DNA of 64,000 nt from NCBI GenBank assembly GCA_023459335.1, contig JAEWUO010000036.1, positions 18,866-82,865 on the forward strand. The letters run 5' to 3'. Below the pieces are notes generated by a model that worked only from the letters and a program-made list of their open reading frames with translations, had not been told where the DNA came from and searched no databases. The stretch comes from Bacillota bacterium (GTDB lineage Bacteria; Bacillota; Clostridia; Christensenellales; CAG-138). This document shows, piece by piece, positions 58,006 to 64,000 of this stretch (positions are counted from its first letter, which is position 1; each line of letters opens with the position of its first letter). The translations under genes were made by a program, and so were the position numbers.

Positions 58006-58029
58006 ATTCAATTTCTACTGAAATTGAAT
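58006..58029. repeat. 10-bp perfect hairpin ATTCAATTTC-TACT-GAAATTGAAT
   Basis: Lies about 30 nt upstream of the topA -35 and is followed by T-rich sequence. Confidence 0.8.
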
Positions 58030-58059
58030 GATTTCGTAAAATATTTTTCGATTTTTTTC

Positions 58060-58088
58060 TTGACAGATTTGTTTTTATTCGGAATAAT
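58060..58088 (+). promoter_or_regulatory. Sigma-A-like promoter TTGACA-17-AATAAT for topA
   Basis: Hexamers at 58060-58065 and 58083-58088. Confidence 0.5.
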
Positions 58089-58165
58089 GAAGCAGTTGCC
58101 GGATTTTTTATACGCATATAACGCGTAACAAGACCGATTTGGTCGAATCCGGCGGGAGGAATGCA

Positions 58166-60280
58166 ATGCCGGAAACATTGGTCATCGTAGAGTCGCCAGC
58201 GAAAGCGAAGACGATCGGAAAATTCTTAGGAACGAAATATAAGGTGATCGCTTCCAACGGCCACGTTCGCGATCTGCCGAAGAGCCAGCTGGGCGTAAAG
58301 ATCGAAAACGGCTTCGAGCCGAAGTATATCACACTGCGCGGGCGCGGAGACGTGCTCGAAAAAATTCGCAAGGAAGCTAAAGTCGCGGAAAAAGTGCTGC
58401 TTGCGACCGACCCTGACCGCGAAGGGGAAGCCATCAGCTGGCATCTTGCTCAGGTGCTCAACCTTGACGAGAAAAGCAAGTGCCGCATCGAGTTTAACGA
58501 GATTACCTCAACGGCAGTGAAAAATTCTCTCAAAGGGGCGCGGGCCATCGATATGCGCCTTGTCAACGCACAGCAGGCACGCCGCATTCTTGACCGCCTG
58601 GTCGGCTATGAAATCAGCCCGATTCTTTGGAGAAAAGTTCGAAAGGGACTCTCCGCGGGGCGCGTACAGTCGGTCGCGACGCGTATCATCTGCGACCGTG
58701 AAAACGAGATCCGCGACTTTGTGCCGGAAGAGTACTGGAATATTACGGCGAAGCTGAGGGAAACCGTCAATAAAAAAGCGTTCGAAGCGAAATACTTCGG
58801 CGAGAGCGGCAGCAAGCGCGATATCTGCAACGAGAAGGATGCGTCAGAAGTCCTGAGCCGGATTCAGGACAAGCTTTTTACGATCACGGAAGTGAAAGAG
58901 GGGACAAAGACGCGCCACCCGGCGCCGCCGTTTACCACGAGCAGCCTGCAGCAGGAAGCGTCCCGCAAACTCGGCTTTACGACCAAACGGACGATGATGA
59001 TCGCCCAGCAGCTTTACGAGGGCATCGAACTCGGCGGCAAGGGCGCGGTCGGCCTGATCTCCTATATCCGCACCGACTCGGTCCGCATCGCATCAGAGGC
59101 GCAGCAGGCCGCGCGTTCGTATATCTCCGAACGGTACGGCGCAAAATATATCCCTGAAAAACCGAATTTTTACAAAGGGCGCGATGGAGCGCAGGATGCG
59201 CACGAAGCGATCCGCCCGACGGGCGTAGACAACGACCCCGCGATGGTCAAGGATTATCTGACCGGCGAGCAGTACCGCCTGTATAAGCTGATTTACGATC
59301 GTTTCCTTGCCTGCCAGATGAGCGACGCGGTGTTCGCCACCACGCAGGTGACGCTGGACTGCGCGGGTGCGACCTTCCGCGCCAACGGCATCCGTACGGT
59401 GTTCGACGGGTTTACGGCGGTCTATACCGAAGGACGCGACGACACTCAGGAGAAGGAAACGACGTTGCCGGAACTCGCTGCCGGCGAAACCTGTAAAGCG
59501 GAAAAGATCGACAGCGAACAGAAGTTTACGCTGCCGCCGCCGCGCTATACCGAGGCGACGCTGGTCAAGGCGCTGGAGGAAAAGGGCATCGGGCGTCCGA
59601 GCACTTATTCTCCGACGATCTCCACGATTGTGGAGCGCGGCTATATTGCGCGGGAGAAGAAGCAGCTGGTTCCGACCGAGCTGGGGTTCGTCGTCAACCG
59701 CTTCATGCTCGACAACTTTGACGAGATCGTGGACGTACAGTTCACCGCTATGATGGAAAACGAGCTGGATGGTGTGGAAGAGGACAAAATCGGCTGGGTG
59801 GACGTGCTGGAGAAATTCTACGGGCCGTTTCATCAGAAAGTCGGCCTCGCGCTCGAAAAAGCCCCTCCGGAGAAGATTCCCGACGAGGTTTCTGATGTCG
59901 TCTGCGAAAAATGCGGCGCGCTGATGGTATATAAGATCGGGCGGTTCGGTAAGTTTCTTGCCTGCCCGAATTTCCCCACCTGCCGGAACACCAAAGCAAT
60001 CTTGGAAAAGATCGACGTGCCCTGCCCTAAATGCGGCGCGGCGCTCATCAAGAGAAAGAGCAAGCGCGGCAAAGCGTTTTACGGCTGCGAGCGCTATCCG
60101 GAATGCGACTTTGTCTCCTGGGATAAGCCGACCAAAATGCCCTGTCCCCAGTGCGGCGGCATGATGGTTCAGAAGATTGGACAGAATGGCAGCTATATTG
60201 CCTGTACGAACAAAGAATGCGGTTATATCCACCGTAACGTGAAAAAAGCGAAGGAAGAAAAAGAGGCGGACGCCGAATGA
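58166..60280 (+). CDS. topA: DNA topoisomerase I
   Basis: ATG 58166 with GGGAGGA upstream. LVIVESPAKAKTI Toprim start, SYIRTDS active-site Tyr region and C-terminal Cys4 zinc ribbons. Confidence 0.95.
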   Translation: MPETLVIVESPAKAKTIGKFLGTKYKVIASNGHVRDLPKSQLGVKIENGFEPKYITLRGRGDVLEKIRKEAKVAEKVLLATDPDREGEAISWHLAQVLNLDEKSKCRIEFNEITSTAVKNSLKGARAIDMRLVNAQQARRILDRLVGYEISPILWRKVRKGLSAGRVQSVATRIICDRENEIRDFVPEEYWNITAKLRETVNKKAFEAKYFGESGSKRDICNEKDASEVLSRIQDKLFTITEVKEGTKTRHPAPPFTTSSLQQEASRKLGFTTKRTMMIAQQLYEGIELGGKGAVGLISYIRTDSVRIASEAQQAARSYISERYGAKYIPEKPNFYKGRDGAQDAHEAIRPTGVDNDPAMVKDYLTGEQYRLYKLIYDRFLACQMSDAVFATTQVTLDCAGATFRANGIRTVFDGFTAVYTEGRDDTQEKETTLPELAAGETCKAEKIDSEQKFTLPPPRYTEATLVKALEEKGIGRPSTYSPTISTIVERGYIAREKKQLVPTELGFVVNRFMLDNFDEIVDVQFTAMMENELDGVEEDKIGWVDVLEKFYGPFHQKVGLALEKAPPEKIPDEVSDVVCEKCGALMVYKIGRFGKFLACPNFPTCRNTKAILEKIDVPCPKCGAALIKRKSKRGKAFYGCERYPECDFVSWDKPTKMPCPQCGGMMVQKIGQNGSYIACTNKECGYIHRNVKKAKEEKEADAE

Positions 60281-61587
60281 GCACCGCTCGCGTCGCCGTT
60301 GTCGGCGCGGGCCTTGCCGGCTGTGAAGCGGCGTTTCAGCTCGCCGAGCGCGGCATAGCGGTCGATCTTTACGAAATGAAACCGCAGAAGATGTCCCCCG
60401 CGCACCACAGCGGGGACTTCTGCGAACTGGTCTGCAGCAATTCTCTGCGTTCCGACCGCATCGAAAATGCCGTTGGGCTGTTAAAGGCGGAACTGCGAAT
60501 CCTGGGTTCGCTGGTTTTGCGCATCGCGGACGAAACGCGCGTTCCCGCGGGCGGCGCGCTCGCGGTCGACCGCGATGGGTTCGCCGCGAGCGTAACGCAG
60601 GCGATCCGGTCCCACCCGAATATTACGATCCATAACATAGAAGTAACATGTGTACCGCAGCCGCCCGCGATCATCGCGACAGGGCCGCTGACGTCCGGCG
60701 CGCTTGCGGAGGATATCTCCCGCCTGACGGGCGAACCGCTGCATTTTTACGATGCGGCGGCGCCGATCGTCACGGCGGAATCGCTCGACATGGCGAGAGT
60801 GTTCCGCGCTTCCCGTTATGGCAGGGGGGACGATTACCTGAACTGCCCCATGACGCGGGAAGAATACGAAACGTTCTACCGGGCGCTGATTTCAGCGGAG
60901 ACCGCCGGGCTTCATTCCTTCGAAACGCCGCGCGTATTCGAGGGCTGCATGCCGGTCGAAACGATGGCGAAGCGCGGGGAGCAGACGCTCTGCTACGGCC
61001 CGCTCAAACCCGTCGGGCTGGAGATCGAAGGGAAAGAACCGTACGCCGTCGTGCAGCTTCGGCAGGACGATAAGGACGGCAGACTCTATAACATCGTCGG
61101 CTTTCAGACGAATCTCAAGTTTGCCGAACAAAAACGCGTCTTTGGTTTGATACCCGGGCTGGAACACGCGGAATTTGCCAGATATGGCGTCATGCATCGA
61201 AATACGTTCCTGGATTCACCGGAAATATTACGCTTCGATTATCAAATGCGCTCCGTTCCCGGCCTTTATTTTGCTGGGCAGATAACGGGGGTCGAGGGGT
61301 ACGTCGAATCGGCTGCAAGCGGGCTCGTTGCGGCGCTTTCGATGGCGAATTTCCTCTCCGGAAAACCACCCACGGATTTTACCGCAAAAACCGCGATCGG
61401 TTCTCTGGGACATTATGTTTCTGAATACGCGGGGGACGATTTTCAGCCGATGAACGTTACCTTCGGCATCATGGACGCCCTGCCGGAACGAATCCGAAAA
61501 AAAACCGCGCGTTACGGAAAAATAGCGGAGCGCGCGCTGAAAACGCTCGAGGAATGCAAAGCGGCGCTTGAAACGCCCGATTCATGA
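60277..61587 (+). CDS. trmFO: Methylenetetrahydrofolate--tRNA-(uracil54-C5)-methyltransferase TrmFO
   Basis: VVGAGLAGCEAA FAD motif, SNSLRS and GQITGVEGYVESAASG. The ATGA overlaps the topA stop. Confidence 0.9.
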   Translation: MSTARVAVVGAGLAGCEAAFQLAERGIAVDLYEMKPQKMSPAHHSGDFCELVCSNSLRSDRIENAVGLLKAELRILGSLVLRIADETRVPAGGALAVDRDGFAASVTQAIRSHPNITIHNIEVTCVPQPPAIIATGPLTSGALAEDISRLTGEPLHFYDAAAPIVTAESLDMARVFRASRYGRGDDYLNCPMTREEYETFYRALISAETAGLHSFETPRVFEGCMPVETMAKRGEQTLCYGPLKPVGLEIEGKEPYAVVQLRQDDKDGRLYNIVGFQTNLKFAEQKRVFGLIPGLEHAEFARYGVMHRNTFLDSPEILRFDYQMRSVPGLYFAGQITGVEGYVESAASGLVAALSMANFLSGKPPTDFTAKTAIGSLGHYVSEYAGDDFQPMNVTFGIMDALPERIRKKTARYGKIAERALKTLEECKAALETPDS

Positions 61588-61654
61588 AAAAACGGGTAAT
61601 TTCGCGGTTAAATGCGCTGAAAATCGTGAAAGAATTGAAAACGAATTGACGAAT

Positions 61655-61675
61655 GCGGGCGGATGCGCCCGCTTT
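61655..61675 (+). terminator. Hairpin plus short T-run after trmFO
   Basis: GCGGGCG-GATG-CGCCCGC followed by TTTGTG. Confidence 0.45.
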
Positions 61676-61756
61676 GTGCTAGTATGTTAAACAGGTAGAA
61701 TTTACCTGTCCGCGCGTCTGCAAGCGCGCGGTGAAAGATCAAGGAGGATTACCCGA

Positions 61757-62290
61757 TTGGAACTCAGGGGTACGACGATAATCGCCGTCCGCAAGGACGG
61801 CAAGTGTGCCATTGCCGGAGACGGCCAGGTGACAATGAGCGAAAGCGTCGTCATGAAGGCGACGGCTAAGAAAGTGCGAAGACTGTATCACGACCAGGTC
61901 GCGGTGGGGTTTGCCGGATCGGTTGCGGACGCGTTCTCGCTCTGCGAACGGTTTGAAAAGAAACTGGAACAGTACAGCGGCAACCTTACCCGTGCGGCGG
62001 TTTCGCTCGCGCAGGACTGGCGGAGCGACAAGATCATGCATAAGCTTGAGGCGCTGCTCATCGCCGCGAGCAAGGACGAGCTCCTGATCGTGTCCGGCAC
62101 CGGAGAGGTGATCGATCCGGACGACGGCATCGCGGCCATCGGTTCGGGTGGCATGTACGCGCTCGCCGCCGCGAAGGCGCTGAAAACGAACACCGATCTG
62201 TCCGCCGTGGAAATCGCGGAAAAGGCGCTCCGCATCGCGGGCGAAATCTGCGTCTTCACCAACGGAAATATCACGGTGGAGGAGGTATAA
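61757..62290 (+). CDS. hslV: ATP-dependent protease subunit HslV
   Basis: TTG start with AAGGAGG upstream. N-terminal GTTIIAV (catalytic Thr) and GSGG motif. Confidence 0.9.
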   Translation: MELRGTTIIAVRKDGKCAIAGDGQVTMSESVVMKATAKKVRRLYHDQVAVGFAGSVADAFSLCERFEKKLEQYSGNLTRAAVSLAQDWRSDKIMHKLEALLIAASKDELLIVSGTGEVIDPDDGIAAIGSGGMYALAAAKALKTNTDLSAVEIAEKALRIAGEICVFTNGNITVEEV

Positions 62291-62294
62291 CGAT

Positions 62295-63686
62295 ATGCAG
62301 CTTACACCGAGAGAAATCGTGGACGCGCTGGATAAATATATCATAGGCCAGGATCGCGCAAAACGCGCGGTTGCGGTCGCGCTTCGAAACCGCTACCGCC
62401 GGAGCCGGCTTTCCGACGAACTGCGCGAGGAGATCACTCCAAAGAACATCATCATGATCGGGCCCACGGGCGTCGGCAAAACCGAGATCGCCCGCAGGCT
62501 CGCAAAGCTCGTCGACGCGCCGTTCGTAAAAGTCGAGGCAACGAAGTACACCGAGGTCGGCTATGTCGGCCGCGACGTGGAGAGCATGGTGCGCGACCTG
62601 GTGGACGCCGCGATCCGCATCAGCATGGAACGCAGGATGGAGGACGTGCGCCTCGTCGCGGAGGCCGCCGCCGAACAGGCGCTGGCCGACCTGCTCCTGC
62701 CGGGCGCGAAGAAGCGCGAGCACCGGCAGCAGCAGAACCCGCTTCAGATCCTGCTTAACGCGGGCCAGCCGCAGCAGGCGGAACCCGAACCCAGCGAGGA
62801 GGAGAAAGCCCGCCGCTATACCGAGCGCGAGCGGGTATTGGCCGAACTGCGCGCGGGTAAACTGGAAAAAGAACTGGTTGAGATCGAGGTGGAGGAGCAG
62901 GCGGGCAAGAACGACGCCATGTTCGCCGCCGGCATCGACCTGAACATCGGCGAAATGTTCGGCGACTTCCTGCCGAAGAAAACGAAACGCCGCAAACTGC
63001 CCGTCAAAGAGGCGCGCCGCGTGATCATTCAGCAGGAGAGCGAAAAGCGCATCGACATGGACGACGTGCACCGCGAAGCGCTGCAGCGTGCCGAGCAGGA
63101 CGGCATCATCTTTATCGACGAAATCGACAAGATCGCGGGCGCGGAACACATGTCCGGACCGGACGTCTCCCGCGAAGGCGTGCAAAGGGACATCCTGCCC
63201 ATCGTAGAAGGCAGCGTGGTTTCCACGAAATACGGCCCGGTCAAGACGGACTATATGCTCTTCATCGCGGCGGGCGCGTTTCATACCGCGAAGGTCAGCG
63301 ACCTGATTCCGGAGTTGCAGGGACGTTTCCCGATCCGCGTAAAACTGGACGACCTGACGCAGGACGACTTTGAAAAGATTCTGACCCAGCCGGAAAACGC
63401 GGTGACCAAACAGTATACCGCACTGCTTTCGGCGGACAAAGTGAAACTCTCCTTTACGCCGGACGCGCTGAAGGAGATCGCGAAGTTTGCGTTCCTGGCC
63501 AACGAGAACACCGAAAACATCGGCGCGCGCAGGCTGCACACGGTGATGGAGAACCTGCTGGACGACATCTCCTTCAACGCAAACGGACAGCACCCGGAGA
63601 TTGAGCTGGCCATCGACGCGGCGTATGTGGACGAACATATGGGCGACGAATTCCACGAGGACGATATCCATAAATACATTCTTTGA
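62295..63686 (+). CDS. hslU: ATP-dependent protease ATPase subunit HslU
   Basis: LTPREIVDALDKYIIGQD, GPTGVGKTEIARRLA Walker A and IIFIDEIDKI Walker B. Confidence 0.95.
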   Translation: MQLTPREIVDALDKYIIGQDRAKRAVAVALRNRYRRSRLSDELREEITPKNIIMIGPTGVGKTEIARRLAKLVDAPFVKVEATKYTEVGYVGRDVESMVRDLVDAAIRISMERRMEDVRLVAEAAAEQALADLLLPGAKKREHRQQQNPLQILLNAGQPQQAEPEPSEEEKARRYTERERVLAELRAGKLEKELVEIEVEEQAGKNDAMFAAGIDLNIGEMFGDFLPKKTKRRKLPVKEARRVIIQQESEKRIDMDDVHREALQRAEQDGIIFIDEIDKIAGAEHMSGPDVSREGVQRDILPIVEGSVVSTKYGPVKTDYMLFIAAGAFHTAKVSDLIPELQGRFPIRVKLDDLTQDDFEKILTQPENAVTKQYTALLSADKVKLSFTPDALKEIAKFAFLANENTENIGARRLHTVMENLLDDISFNANGQHPEIELAIDAAYVDEHMGDEFHEDDIHKYIL

Positions 63687-63702
63687 TTCCGATGTAAGGG
63701 AC

Positions 63703-64000
63703 GAATGCATTTGCAGAACGGACGCGTGAAAAAACTTGCGTTTGCATTGATGACCGCCGCAATCTTCTCGCTGACGATCGGCTGCGAAGAAGCGGCGGTG
63801 CAGCCGCTGACCGTTTCTCTCGCGACGCCGACGCTGGCGCCCGAAGTCGTCACCATACAGGATGGGGAAACAGCGGAAACGGCGAAATACGGCATTACCG
63901 TTCTCTCGCCGTTCGGCGGCACGCTGCAGGAGGACGGGACATACCTCACCGAAACAGGCGAACGCATCCAGGTTCTGGCGACCAGCGAGCCGACCGCGAC
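63703..64000 (+). CDS. Putative lipoprotein, N-terminal fragment (runs off the window end)
   Basis: Hand translation gives MHLQNGRVKKLAFALMTAAIFSLTIGCEEAAVQPL..., a signal peptide with a lipobox-like LTIGC. No stop before 64000. Not in the ORF track. Confidence 0.5.

Noticed and set aside
57829-58011. 60-aa minus-strand ORF in the dprA-topA spacer.
   Set aside because: It has a TTG start, no SD and Lys/Ser-rich AT-driven composition, and it spans the inverted repeats. It is probably non-coding.
62271-63710. 479-aa minus-strand ORF.
   Set aside because: It is antisense to hslU, which has clear AAA+ motifs.

Overview
High-GC, Clostridia-like Firmicutes chromosomal segment (inferred from gene content). 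Sample line 8701-8760 has 39/60 G+C. Most of the window is a run of conserved housekeeping operons.

Minus strand: dnaE (5' part, hand-translated, absent from the ORF track), whiA, rapZ and murB.

Plus strand, in order:
- rluB, then an OadG / biotin-carrier / 5S-carboxyltransferase module followed by pgsA
- rimP-nusA-ylxR-L7Ae-infB-rbfA-nrnA-truB-ribF
- rpsO-pnp, an M16 peptidase and a dimeric-dUTPase-like gene
- an HlyD-like gene, yggS, sepF and a DivIVA-domain gene, then ygiQ
- yceD-rpmF and plsX-acpP-rnc-smc-ftsY
- ylxM-ffh-rpsP-khpA-rimM-trmD, then an EamA transporter
- rplS-rbgA-rnhB-yraN
- comM-dprA-topA-trmFO-hslV-hslU, then a truncated lipoprotein gene at the window end

I found no rRNA, tRNA, CRISPR array, transposase or integrase.

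Regions worth a second look:
1. An AT-rich ~2.4 kb island (about 5.6-8.0 kb) holds only unrecognisable ORFs. Two of them are collinear and separated by one in-frame TGA, with a start-less upstream extension.
2. A co-directional cluster at 8.6-13.85 kb encodes an ABC exporter, a secreted barnase-like RNase, barstar, a HEAT-repeat membrane protein and a GT2-like protein whose catalytic motifs look degenerate.
3. A ~1273-aa polypeptide fuses two GT-C glycosyltransferase modules (ALG6/ALG8-like and PMT/GT39-like) with two beta-sandwich-like domains. A GtrA gene follows it, and the pair is inserted into the conserved yraN-comM string.
4. Several structured spacers: infB-rbfA, dprA-topA, rapZ-whiA and the ylxM leader.

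All calls come from reading the sequence and remembering family motifs. No database search was run. Start codons and all promoter and terminator calls are provisional.
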